Of a DNA stretch of 64,000 nt, positions 48,721-57,506 are shown piece after piece. The stretch is from Limisphaerales bacterium (GTDB lineage: Bacteria > Verrucomicrobiota > Verrucomicrobiia > Limisphaerales > JAJOIW01): positions 411,856-475,855 of the forward strand of contig CBFHOE010000002.1 of assembly GCA_965657355.1 (NCBI GenBank). Reading direction: 5' to 3'. A program made the position numbers and the translations under genes. The notes beneath the pieces are model-generated. The model made no database searches. It was given only the letters and a program-made list of their open reading frames with translations, and was not told the origin of the DNA. The first letter of the stretch is position 1, and each line of letters begins with the position of its first letter.

Positions 48721-49749
48721 TCATTGGGACTGAACAAGCTCCATTGAATGAGCCGAGAACCCAGCGCCAAAGCTGGCGAGCCACAGGTTGTCATCTGGTT
48801 TCGGAGACAATAGTTGTTTTTCAAGAGCGAGAAGAACCGAAGGGCTACTGCAGTTACCATACTCCTGTAACGCTTCCCTAGAAGCACTGAGATCGAATTC
48901 CGGCAGAATATTGCTAATCTGATCCAGCACGTCCCTGCCTCCTGAATGCGTGATTACTTTCCCTGGGCTTTGAGTTCGTTTGGAAAACAATTCCTTCACA
49001 GCCTTTGCCGCGACTTTGGGGACACTTCTATGAAGTTGATTCTTCAGTTTACCACCCTGGTTGATAAAACGAATTTTCTCTCTTTCCTCAGGCCAATGAA
49101 GTGTTTGAAAATTATTGGCTTTATATTTCGACTGAGATGGTTGGTTTGACCAAATTGCGGCTGCTGCTGCGTCACCAAAAAGACTGAGGCTGATGAGAAC
49201 ACCGATATCCTCGTCGATATAGAAAGCAGCAGAACAAATTTCAACAGCAATTGTTGCGACCTTTGCGTCGGGATTGGCGGCTAAAAACCCCTGCGCAGAC
49301 CTTATTGTCGGAATGGCCGCACCACACCCTAATCCAACGACATCGGAGAGATAGGCATTTGACCGCATTCCAAGTTTTTCTGAAATATGACTTGTCAAAC
49401 CGGGACACAAGTATCCTGTGCAAGTGCACACAAATAAAGCATCAAGATCCTCAGGTAACATACGAGCTTTTTCCAGAGCCTTTTGAAGCGCAGACGTGCT
49501 GAGTTTTGGAGCCTCCTTTTCGAATGCCCGAATAAGCGAGGTTGCATCCATGTCAAATAGAACTGAGGGATCTTCAAAAGCGAAATGCCTTTTTGATATA
49601 CCAGAATCACCCGAGAGTATATTTTTGACTATTGAGCGCTGGCGGCCTCCCAGATCATGGAAAGCTTTAGTGGATTCGATGATTCCGAGGCACTCCAATT
49701 GTGTAAATGAGTGCCCGGGTACTGCGGAGGATAAAGATTCTAGATACAT
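48721..49749 (-). CDS. Type III polyketide synthase (chalcone/stilbene synthase superfamily)
   Basis: Thiolase-fold motifs are at the expected spacing: Cys in FVCTCTGYLCPG, FGDAAAA, His in ITHSGGRDVLD, Asn in YGNCSSPSVL and C-terminal SFGAGFS. Confidence 0.8.
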   Translation of the reverse strand: MYLESLSSAVPGHSFTQLECLGIIESTKAFHDLGGRQRSIVKNILSGDSGISKRHFAFEDPSVLFDMDATSLIRAFEKEAPKLSTSALQKALEKARMLPEDLDALFVCTCTGYLCPGLTSHISEKLGMRSNAYLSDVVGLGCGAAIPTIRSAQGFLAANPDAKVATIAVEICSAAFYIDEDIGVLISLSLFGDAAAAAIWSNQPSQSKYKANNFQTLHWPEEREKIRFINQGGKLKNQLHRSVPKVAAKAVKELFSKRTQSPGKVITHSGGRDVLDQISNILPEFDLSASREALQEYGNCSSPSVLLALEKQLLSPKPDDNLWLASFGAGFSAHSMELVQSQ

Positions 49750-49753
49750 TAAA

Positions 49754-50773
49754 TTATTTTAAAAAATGGCTAAGTGTTTTCATGGGAATCAGTCGTGCTG
49801 AGCCCAAATAATATAAAAGTCGTTGTCCAATATTGGAAAAGAACAATGGATGTATCCATCCAGAAAGCCTCATTCTTGTTTTAAATTTATTATTGAGGCC
49901 ATGCTTTATAGACTCGGTAATTTGAGGCCATGAATCTTCTCCATTAGCATACTTGGCGAGTGGATTGCAGGCGACTTCTGCAGATTCAAGAGCCATCGAC
50001 ATGCCATTACCGGTGAATGGTGGAATAATAGAATGGTAATCACCTAATACTAATCTTTCCTCGTGTTTTTGTACTGCTCCCAAAGAAAAAGCGGAAACTC
50101 CCTTAAAAGCACCCTCCACGGGGTCCGCGTCGCCAAGCCTTTCCGCAAGAGCATTTAAACCATTTTTGATCAAATACTGGTTTAACAGATTGATTCCTTT
50201 TGAGCTATCAGCAAATTCGGATTTCCTAAATAAACCACAAGCATTGACCTTATTTTCTTCGATTCGACAAAGGCCAAGGTAGCAATTATTGCCTATGTGC
50301 ATTTCCAAATCAGAATGCAAATCAAGCCCGGAAAAGTGAGACTTTAGACCAATCCAATGACTTTCTTTTTCTAACCGCCTTCCACAAGCAAAAACATTAC
50401 CATTGCTTTCGACAGCTTTCATCCTGGAGCCAGTAAAAAGTTCACCGCCCATGTCCTGGAAAGTCTCGGCAAGCATTTCATCGAGGCTATACCTTGAAAT
50501 CGCTAAGGCTGGAGACGAGAGCTTAAAGCTATAAAATTTTTTGTTTTTATAAAACCAATCGACTTTGCTATGCCTTAGGGCTGATTCGAAGAGTGGACTG
50601 ATACCGAGATAATCAAGAGTGGATTTTTTCACTCCATTAATGAATTCGCCACATACTTTATGACGTGGGTATTGTGATGCTTCGTGGAGTGTGACTGGGA
50701 TTTCAAGTTTCCTTAAAGCAATCCCTAGCGACAAGCCTGTTAATCCTCCGCCTATGATTTTAATTTCATTCAT
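49754..50773 (-). CDS. FAD-dependent oxidoreductase/monooxygenase
   Basis: The start was moved to the Met at 50773 (MNEIKIIGGGLTGLSLG dinucleotide fold), forming an ATGA start/stop overlap with the upstream methyltransferase gene. It ends 4 nt before the PKS start. Confidence 0.75.
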   Translation of the reverse strand: MNEIKIIGGGLTGLSLGIALRKLEIPVTLHEASQYPRHKVCGEFINGVKKSTLDYLGISPLFESALRHSKVDWFYKNKKFYSFKLSSPALAISRYSLDEMLAETFQDMGGELFTGSRMKAVESNGNVFACGRRLEKESHWIGLKSHFSGLDLHSDLEMHIGNNCYLGLCRIEENKVNACGLFRKSEFADSSKGINLLNQYLIKNGLNALAERLGDADPVEGAFKGVSAFSLGAVQKHEERLVLGDYHSIIPPFTGNGMSMALESAEVACNPLAKYANGEDSWPQITESIKHGLNNKFKTRMRLSGWIHPLFFSNIGQRLLYYLGSARLIPMKTLSHFLK

Positions 50774-51429
50774 TTTATACGTCTTGCGGATAATCGGTAT
50801 GAGCCAAGAAGAGTAATTTGTTCTGAATAAGACCAATTCACATCGGTATCGAGACCAAGTAAAAATGGAAGCTCACCCTTTTTAAAGCCTGCCTTTATAC
50901 TCACAATCATATCATGCCTGGTCACACGATTAACAAAAGGAATTAAAATGTATGCTTGCAGTATCGACAACAGCGACCTATGTGGCTCAACAATAAACAG
51001 GAACTTACCACCGCGTAGTTTTTCACCTAAGACTTTCAGCTGACTCTCATTAAGGTGGTGCAAAAACAAAACGGCGATATTTGTATGAGAGAACTCACTT
51101 GGGTCTAGGTGACACACATTACCTTGGATCCATTGTATTTCCGAAGACAAACCTTTTGGTTTTGGTTGAAGATCTATTCCAGATACTTCATAGCCTTCCT
51201 CGTAGATTGAATTTAATAAAGATCCGTCCCCTGCTCCAAGCTCGGTTACTCGATCAATTTCTTCAAATTTCTTATGACATGCCCTAATCCAGTTTGGATT
51301 TCTCATAAGAAAATTAATAAACTTCAGGTCATGTCGACTACGCAAGGCCTCAGGATCATCTGATGGCAAAGAATCCAAAATTTCATCTGTCAACCTTCGC
51401 TCCTTCATATTTAAAAAATGGGAAATCAT
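50770..51429 (-). CDS. Class I SAM-dependent methyltransferase
   Basis: It has motif I VTELGAGDGSL followed by an acidic residue after beta-2 (EVSGIDL). It is the first gene of the three-gene operon. Confidence 0.7.
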   Translation of the reverse strand: MISHFLNMKERRLTDEILDSLPSDDPEALRSRHDLKFINFLMRNPNWIRACHKKFEEIDRVTELGAGDGSLLNSIYEEGYEVSGIDLQPKPKGLSSEIQWIQGNVCHLDPSEFSHTNIAVLFLHHLNESQLKVLGEKLRGGKFLFIVEPHRSLLSILQAYILIPFVNRVTRHDMIVSIKAGFKKGELPFLLGLDTDVNWSYSEQITLLGSYRLSARRIK

Positions 51430-51669
51430 GAATACTCGTTTTACAAGAAAGCTTCAGGTGTATTGAATAAGTTCAGATTTTTCTTCCACATACTTTACAA
51501 ACAAATACCCCTTTAACTTAGACTGATAAATAGAAATCTCAACATAAGTAAAACGAAACTTTCTTCAATTCGAAGTGCAGTGTGGAGGAAATTGAGTGAG
51601 AACTTTGATGGATATTTAAAATGCGCAACCTATTACTGGGTGATAGTATCGAGGCGGATTTTTTTCTTC

Positions 51670-52800
51670 ATGAGGGACCGGTTATTCTACATTGATAATA
51701 TTCGAATTTTCACGATTGGATTGGTTGTTCTGCACCACTTTGCAACGAGTTATGGAGCAACCGGAGATTGGTATTATGTTGAGGGGGCTCCAGATAATGT
51801 CTTTTTTCAAATTCCCCTAACGATGTTTACGGCAACTAATCAGGCATTTTTCATGGGGCTTTTATTTTTTGTTTCTGCTTATTTTGTCAATGGGTCCTAT
51901 GAGCGAAAAGGCCCAAGGGTTTTTATAAAAGAACGACTGATCCGCTTGGGAATTCCCATGGTTGCCTATATTTTTCTTTTACAACCCATTACTGGATTCA
52001 TCGCCTACCGCATGACCACTGACGACCAAGCCCCCATCAATTTATTGGAATATCTTTCAAAAGGATTAGGAATGGGATTGGGGCCTATGTGGTTTGTGGA
52101 AGTCCTTATTATCTTTTCATTTGTATACGCTATTTTTAGGCTATGGAAACCGATTAATTCCGACAGGATATTTCCAAAGACTCCCCCCTCTGCCTTTGCT
52201 ATGATGAAAACCATTTTATGTCTTGGTTTAGTCACAGGCTTTTTACGCACTCTTATTCCAGTTGGTGAGTGGATACCATACCTGCATCTGCAAATTGCTC
52301 ATTTTCCTCAATACCTCTTGATGTTGTTCGGTGGACTCGCAGCCTCAAAACGTGGATGGCTTAATTCCATATCGGTAAAGTCGGGATGGAGATGGTTTAC
52401 CTTTGCAATTGTCTCAATAATAATCGGCTTCCCTCTGATCTTCTATTTTGGAGGCGCAGCTTCTGGAAATTTAGAACCCTTCATGGGAGGATGGCACTGG
52501 CAAAATTTCATTTATTCCATCTATGAACAAATTGTTGGAATCAGCCTCATCCTTGGATTACTCGGCATCTTTAAAGGTTCATTCAATTTTACAAATAAGT
52601 GGGTGAGAGCTTTTTCAGACAGCACGTATACTGTCTATGTTTTTCATTCCATTTTAATTTTATTGGTATCCTGGGCAGCCATACCATTGAAAATGAACCT
52701 ATTGCTTAAATTCATCATCCTCGCCTTTCCCTGCTTGATTTTTACTTTTGCCATCTCTTGGCTGATCCGAAAAATCCCATACTTTTCAAGGGTGCTTTAA
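51670..52800 (+). CDS. Acyltransferase family 3 integral membrane protein
   Basis: It carries RLFYIDNIRIFTIGLVVLHH (the conserved N-terminal Arg/His region of acyltransferase_3) and about 10 TM helices. The start was moved to the Met at 51670. Confidence 0.75.
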   Translation: MRDRLFYIDNIRIFTIGLVVLHHFATSYGATGDWYYVEGAPDNVFFQIPLTMFTATNQAFFMGLLFFVSAYFVNGSYERKGPRVFIKERLIRLGIPMVAYIFLLQPITGFIAYRMTTDDQAPINLLEYLSKGLGMGLGPMWFVEVLIIFSFVYAIFRLWKPINSDRIFPKTPPSAFAMMKTILCLGLVTGFLRTLIPVGEWIPYLHLQIAHFPQYLLMLFGGLAASKRGWLNSISVKSGWRWFTFAIVSIIIGFPLIFYFGGAASGNLEPFMGGWHWQNFIYSIYEQIVGISLILGLLGIFKGSFNFTNKWVRAFSDSTYTVYVFHSILILLVSWAAIPLKMNLLLKFIILAFPCLIFTFAISWLIRKIPYFSRVL

Positions 52801-52829
52801 GAATTCTCGAACAAAAAATACCATTACTC

Positions 52830-52880
52830 ATTATTACATTGCCAGCCGAGGTATGGTACCTTGTGTAGCGATGTAATAAT
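52830..52880. promoter_or_regulatory. Inverted repeat upstream of padR (candidate operator)
   Basis: ATTATTACAT (52830-52839) and ATGTAATAAT (52871-52880) are perfect 10-bp inverted repeats separated by 31 nt, with a GGTACC palindrome in the spacer. The right arm ends 18 nt before the padR ATG. Confidence 0.4.
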
Positions 52881-52898
52881 TAAATAATCTAGAAGCAA

Positions 52899-53237
52899 AT
52901 GGAATACGATAGAGATTTAGTGAGAAGCGTAGCGGGGCCTGTTGTCCTGAAGTTGGTATCCGAGAGACCAATGTATGGATATGAAATTATCAAGTTGGTT
53001 AATGAACGAACTAATGGAAAGTTCGAGTGGAAAGAGGGAACGCTATATCCGTGTCTTCATAGGCTTGAAGGAGCCGGGCTGATTAAAAGCAAATGGGAAA
53101 ACCAGGGTAGCGGACGCTCCAGGAAATACTACAACATCACTCGAAAAGGAAAGGGCGTTCTGAATAATAAAGTAGAAGAATGGAATTCTTTTTCTGAAAT
53201 CGTCCAGTCCATCTTTTTAACTAAATCTACTCCATAA
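52899..53237 (+). CDS. PadR-family winged-helix transcriptional regulator
   Basis: The sequence PVVLKLVSERPMYGYEIIKLVNERTNGKFEWKEGTLYPCLHRLEGAGLIKSKW is typical PadR. Confidence 0.9.
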   Translation: MEYDRDLVRSVAGPVVLKLVSERPMYGYEIIKLVNERTNGKFEWKEGTLYPCLHRLEGAGLIKSKWENQGSGRSRKYYNITRKGKGVLNNKVEEWNSFSEIVQSIFLTKSTP

Positions 53238-53242
53238 GCACC

Positions 53243-55378
53243 ATGGATAAAGAACGTAAAAAACCGGAAGAATTCATTGGGGAGATGACGTCCTCTCTGG
53301 AGGCAGACGAAGAGCTCCAACTCGATGTCTCTCAGGAGCTGCATTCTCACTATGAAGAATCAGTGGCTCATTTTAAAAGTGAAGGCAAATCGGATGACGA
53401 AAGCCATGAATTAGCTCTAAAAGCTTTTGGAGACCCCAAGCAAGTTGCAGAAGATCTTGCCGATTCCAACAAGAACCGAATGAAGTCGCGCGCTCTGATT
53501 GGTCTTTTTTTGAAAAGAATCCTAACCCCAACAAGTCTAATATTGACAATATTTATCGGATTTCATTACGGGCAGCGTTTTAACCATCTTTTAGCTTTTG
53601 GTTCAATGCAATCAAACCCATCGTTTGAAAAGATTATTTCATCTTTGCCTGAGTCTTCACGTTTTTTACTTTATGGTGATACAAGCCGTCCAAGGCGATC
53701 GGCACAACAACGAGCCATCTGGGAAAAGGACCAGGAGAACAAAGTCTACTTTGCAAACTATGCACGACTTTTGCTTTTGGATTTTAATAACAAGAGCTTG
53801 AAAATATCTTATGATGAATTGGAGAAGGAGTTTCGGCTGGGAGAATCTATAGACCCAGATAATTCATTTTATAATTATCTATTAGCCGCCGTCTTATTTG
53901 ATGAGGGTTCCGATATAAAAACCACCAGGAATAAGAAAAAAAACACAAGTCAAACCAAGTTTATCATCAAAGACCAATCACATTTGAATGCCGCAATAGA
54001 GGAACTAAAAAAAGCCAGGAAGAAACCTTTATATCGACGCTACCACGATGACCTCCTAAAGGAGAGGCTCACCTTTTTCCCAGAATCCCAAAAGTTGGAA
54101 CATGATATTTCAAAATTCTTCTTCACTTCCAGCACTTTGCTCCCCGAGATAGCTCCTACAAAAAATTTGTTTGCTTCCATACCTCACTATGTCGAAGCAC
54201 AAAAACTAAACGGCGAGGAAGCAAGTTCAATACTGGATACCTGGCAAGATTTTGTGAAGAAAGCGACACCTGACGCGTGGTGTTTGATTGATGTGCTGGT
54301 CATAGACGCCATCATTTCCATCTCAGGGGAAAAGGTATCCGAGGTTTACCATACCTTAGGAAAAACAGAAGCTGCAGATAAGACGCGTGAAATGGCTAAG
54401 AAAGCCAATAAACCAGTTGCAGATTGGAAAAACCAACGGGAGACAGGCGAATCCTATGATTTTCTGACCAAACAAAAAGGAAGTTTTGTGGCGGGAATGC
54501 TTTTGCCAGCGATAGCTGAGCCAATTAAAGAAGAGGATCTCCGGCCAGGACGTATGGTCGAGCGTATTATTGGAGAGCAATTCGTATTAACTCTAGTCGT
54601 CTTAATTTTTGGTATCATGTTAATATTCTCCTTGGCGTATTATATAAAATGCAAAGGAATCGGAGGTAGCAGTACGGCCCCGGTTCTGCTCATTCCTAGT
54701 GGCCCTATGGCTTTGAAAATTATTACCTTTGGAATCCTTCTTCCAATTGTTTCGTATTATGCTTACACGCGCTGGACAGGAATGAGTAGTTATGAGTTCT
54801 CGCTTGGATTTGAATGGCCACGAGGGTTGGCAGAACTTCTTTTATTGGCAGTAACTTATCTGTCAGTTTCCACTTATCTAGCAGCGACATCCTTTACAAA
54901 ACGCTGTATGACTCTTGGTATCCCAACGGTAAGAATGATAAATCCAATAGTTAGTAGGATGTTTTGGATATGCTTATCTTTAGCTTGGTTAGTTTGTATC
55001 GCAAAAAATAGACTTTTTGGACAAAATCAAGCAATGGTGGTTTTCCTTATTCTTGGAATTCTTCCAGCATTGATTTTTGTTGTTTTAGTATTCTTAACGA
55101 CAATAAAAGCATGGAGGTTCCGTCGAACCCATAGTCAATATTTTGGCAGTGTTTCTAGATCTCTTCTGCCAGTCTATGCATGTGCGGTCGTCTTTCTTGG
55201 ACTTATATGCCTTCCCTACTCTCAGCAAAAGGAAAGCGATTTCTTAAACCAGGACTCTCTTTTTAATGACTCAGATAACATTTTCATTACGGCCATCGAA
55301 AATAAAGTCACACAAAGGTTAAGAAAATCTATGACCACTGCTTTGTCTGGAAGACCTCAGAACACACAACAAAAATAG
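53243..55378 (+). CDS. Large membrane protein coupled to PadR: helical N-terminal prefix/HAAS-like segment, soluble middle region, polytopic C-terminus
   Basis: It starts 5 nt after the padR stop. The N-terminus EEFIGEMTSSLEADEELQLDVSQELHSHYEESV...ALKAFGDPKQVAEDL resembles the helical module usually fused to membrane partners of PadR. There are more than 6 predicted TM helices. Confidence 0.55.
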   Translation: MDKERKKPEEFIGEMTSSLEADEELQLDVSQELHSHYEESVAHFKSEGKSDDESHELALKAFGDPKQVAEDLADSNKNRMKSRALIGLFLKRILTPTSLILTIFIGFHYGQRFNHLLAFGSMQSNPSFEKIISSLPESSRFLLYGDTSRPRRSAQQRAIWEKDQENKVYFANYARLLLLDFNNKSLKISYDELEKEFRLGESIDPDNSFYNYLLAAVLFDEGSDIKTTRNKKKNTSQTKFIIKDQSHLNAAIEELKKARKKPLYRRYHDDLLKERLTFFPESQKLEHDISKFFFTSSTLLPEIAPTKNLFASIPHYVEAQKLNGEEASSILDTWQDFVKKATPDAWCLIDVLVIDAIISISGEKVSEVYHTLGKTEAADKTREMAKKANKPVADWKNQRETGESYDFLTKQKGSFVAGMLLPAIAEPIKEEDLRPGRMVERIIGEQFVLTLVVLIFGIMLIFSLAYYIKCKGIGGSSTAPVLLIPSGPMALKIITFGILLPIVSYYAYTRWTGMSSYEFSLGFEWPRGLAELLLLAVTYLSVSTYLAATSFTKRCMTLGIPTVRMINPIVSRMFWICLSLAWLVCIAKNRLFGQNQAMVVFLILGILPALIFVVLVFLTTIKAWRFRRTHSQYFGSVSRSLLPVYACAVVFLGLICLPYSQQKESDFLNQDSLFNDSDNIFITAIENKVTQRLRKSMTTALSGRPQNTQQK

Positions 55379-55543
55379 TTTTTGTCTCTCTCTTGAAACC
55401 GGTGAACATTGTGTCTCTAAACTTTTTATTAAAGACGCAGGGAAAAGATTTTCTCATCCCGTAGAGTCCTACCTATTAAATGTGTTGTTTGTGAGTTCCA
55501 TCATATTTTTCAAGGCACAATGGAATGATTTTAAATCTTTTTC

Positions 55544-55771
55544 TTATCCCAATAATAAGAACGATTTAGCAGCAAGAGATTGCTCTTGCAAGCACTTGGA
55601 TTTGATAAAGGCATAAGCGCAAGAAAATCTATTTCGCTTTGAGGTCGCGCCATCAGATGCCTTTTTTGCGATGACCTCACAATATTTGCAGACATAGATC
55701 AAATTCATCGTGGCCTGGCAATTAGCGAATTGTTTGCGATTTAAGCTCACCCTTCGGGCATTCCAGCTCAA
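55544..55771 (-). CDS. Hypothetical small basic protein (75 aa), possible DNA-binding regulator of the adjacent islet
   Basis: The ORF is from the track. It is basic and Cys-containing (CKYCEV). It is divergent from the small ORF/RecT-like unit, with hexamer repeats in its upstream region. No motif was recognised. Confidence 0.3.
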   Translation of the reverse strand: MSWNARRVSLNRKQFANCQATMNLIYVCKYCEVIAKKASDGATSKRNRFSCAYAFIKSKCLQEQSLAAKSFLLLG

Positions 55772-55848
55772 TAAAATTACTTTTTTAAAAAAATTTTCTT
55801 ATTTTAAAGATATGAAAACCAGAAAAAACCCTGCAAATTAATAGGAAT

Positions 55849-56026
55849 TTCCTTACTTATTTAAGGTAAAACCTTACAAAAACAGGTGGTTTTCAAATCA
55901 ATTTGGATAAATTAAATACATTAAGTTAAAAAAATTGCCCAAAAAACGTACAAAAACCGTTGACAGGGGATCCTGTTTCATGGTTTTCTCTTACCAGGTA
56001 AGGAATTACCTTACTGTTAAGTAGGG
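55849..56026. repeat. Two clusters of CCTTAC/GTAAGG hexamer direct and inverted repeats in an AT-rich divergent intergenic region
   Basis: Cluster A has CCTTAC at 55851-55856 and 55872-55877, with AAGGT-aaa-ACCTT at 55863-55875. Cluster B has the palindrome CTTACC-a-GGTAAG (55990-56002), GTAAGG-aatta-CCTTAC (55998-56014) and a degenerate GTAGGG (56021-56026). Confidence 0.7.
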
Positions 56027-56096
56027 ATTTTACCATTGCTATTTTAGGAATTAACGGAAATCAAAATTAGTAAAAACCCTTTTAGGGCCGTAGAAA

Positions 56097-56243
56097 ATGA
56101 ACAACACATCAAAAGTTACCAAATTCAACAAGTACTTGACCATCGATACCATCATGTTTGTCAGCGTGGCGTTGTTTTGTTCATTAGCTGCTTCGGTCTT
56201 AATACACGAAATACTGACGATCATACTGGGTGCCCTCACATGA
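56097..56243 (+). CDS. Possible small membrane protein (48 aa), not in the ORF track
   Basis: Hand translation gives MNNTSKVTKFNKYLTIDTIMFVSVALFCSLAASVLIHEILTIILGALT, a polar N-terminus followed by a hydrophobic stretch. It is upstream of and co-oriented with the RecT-like gene. The antisense track ORFs look less protein-like. Confidence 0.3.
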   Translation: MNNTSKVTKFNKYLTIDTIMFVSVALFCSLAASVLIHEILTIILGALT

Positions 56244-56295
56244 TTTAAGGTCATGAAGCCTAGGGATCAAAACTTGAATTCCCACGTTAAGCCTG

Positions 56296-57057
56296 ATGAC
56301 AACAAAAAAATACGCATCAATAAAAGTATCACAAGAGAAAATCACGGAACTCGAAACCATAGAAACGAAAGTTAAGGAAATGGACATATCAAGAATAAAT
56401 AGCGGTTTTAAAAAAGCATTCGCAGTAGCAGACGCAGCTCAAAATTTACGAAAAGCATTAAACGAAGAAGCTATGCAGCCAATAATGGAAATGCAGGGTT
56501 CGAGCTTAGGATTTCGCACTGATTTTGACAGCATAGGGGGATATGCAGAGGACGTTGTCAAAGAGTCGTTAATTGAAGCGGTAATGATAGGTGTCCAACC
56601 AGCAGGAAATCAGTTCAATATAATTTCAGGTCGCTGCCATATAACGAAGGAGGGTTTTTCATACCTCCTCAAAAATCTACCTGGATTCAGTGATTATGAA
56701 CCTCAGTATGAATTGATGGAAATGCAAGCTGGACGAGCCATTGTCAAATGCTCAGCAACATGGACATTTTATGGTGAGCGCGACTCCATTGAGTGCGAAA
56801 TTCAAATAAGGTTGGGCAACAAAAGAGGAATCGATGTCATTATTGGCAAAGCTGCCAGAAAATTAATGGCACGCGTATACGCCCAAGTATCCGGAACTGA
56901 AATCACAGACGGCGAAGCCGAAGCAGCTCAAACAACAATGCCAAAAGTTAACCGTTCAACGAACTACTCTCGTAAGATGACTTTAAAGTCGAAACAGACG
57001 ACTTCATCCGGTGAAAAAAGGTCCACAATTTACTGGCGTGAAATGGCGTGTCAATAG
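56296..57057 (+). CDS. Possible phage-type single-strand annealing protein (RecT/Red-beta-like)
   Basis: By eye, VKESLIEAVMIGVQPAGNQFNIISGRCHITKEGFSYLL parallels the xxxGLxPxxxEIYxIP...DG block of Red-beta/RecT. GKAARKLMARVYAQV parallels the conserved basic helix (KRMLRHKA / AKKTAIRRL). The C-terminal tail is disordered. Confidence 0.45.
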   Translation: MTTKKYASIKVSQEKITELETIETKVKEMDISRINSGFKKAFAVADAAQNLRKALNEEAMQPIMEMQGSSLGFRTDFDSIGGYAEDVVKESLIEAVMIGVQPAGNQFNIISGRCHITKEGFSYLLKNLPGFSDYEPQYELMEMQAGRAIVKCSATWTFYGERDSIECEIQIRLGNKRGIDVIIGKAARKLMARVYAQVSGTEITDGEAEAAQTTMPKVNRSTNYSRKMTLKSKQTTSSGEKRSTIYWREMACQ

Positions 57058-57471
57058 AAGCCGCTGATTAAAACTGGAGTCGAGTAAGATTTACAGAGGA
57101 TGCGATAAAGTTGCCGAGGATATGGTCAATGATACGATCTCAAATTCAGAAGTTATAAGGAGTATTATTTGTTCATGAGTAAGGGTCCTTGGTCACACAA
57201 TTGTGGGGTTCAGAAGACAGGAATTATCCCGATTCAGCAGCGTCAATATCTGTAATCATATTCTGAAAATAACAAAACGAAAATCTTACTGTTTCATCAT
57301 TCCAAAACGAGATAAATCTGTCATATACCTTTGTTGAGAAGAGAAAATAAAAAGGTAATTCAAAAAATAATGCACTGAGTGGAATCAGAAGGTTTTAGAC
57401 ACCTCAGTGAAAAAGATGAGCAGGGCAAATCAGATAGCCTATCTACAAATCAAGAGAATAATTTTATAAAG

Positions 57472-57491
57472 AGGTGAGAACTGCCTCACCT
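57472..57491 (-). terminator. Hairpin downstream of the sialidase-like gene (probable terminator)
   Basis: A 7-bp stem AGGTGAG/CTCACCT is followed on the minus strand by CTTTATAAAATTATT, a T-rich but interrupted run. Confidence 0.45.
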
Positions 57492-57506
57492 GAGTCGAAT
57501 GGCTGA

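Noticed and set aside
55960-55965. A TTGACA hexamer between the two hexamer-repeat clusters, considered as a -35 box.
   Set aside because: No TATAAT-like -10 element occurs at 16-19 nt spacing, and promoter consensus in this lineage is uncertain. It is not called as a promoter.
56051-56387. Minus-strand track ORFs 56051-56254 and 56199-56387.
   Set aside because: They are antisense to the 48-aa hydrophobic ORF and to the RecT-like 5' end, and the sequence is not protein-like. The plus-strand reading is preferred, though itself low confidence.
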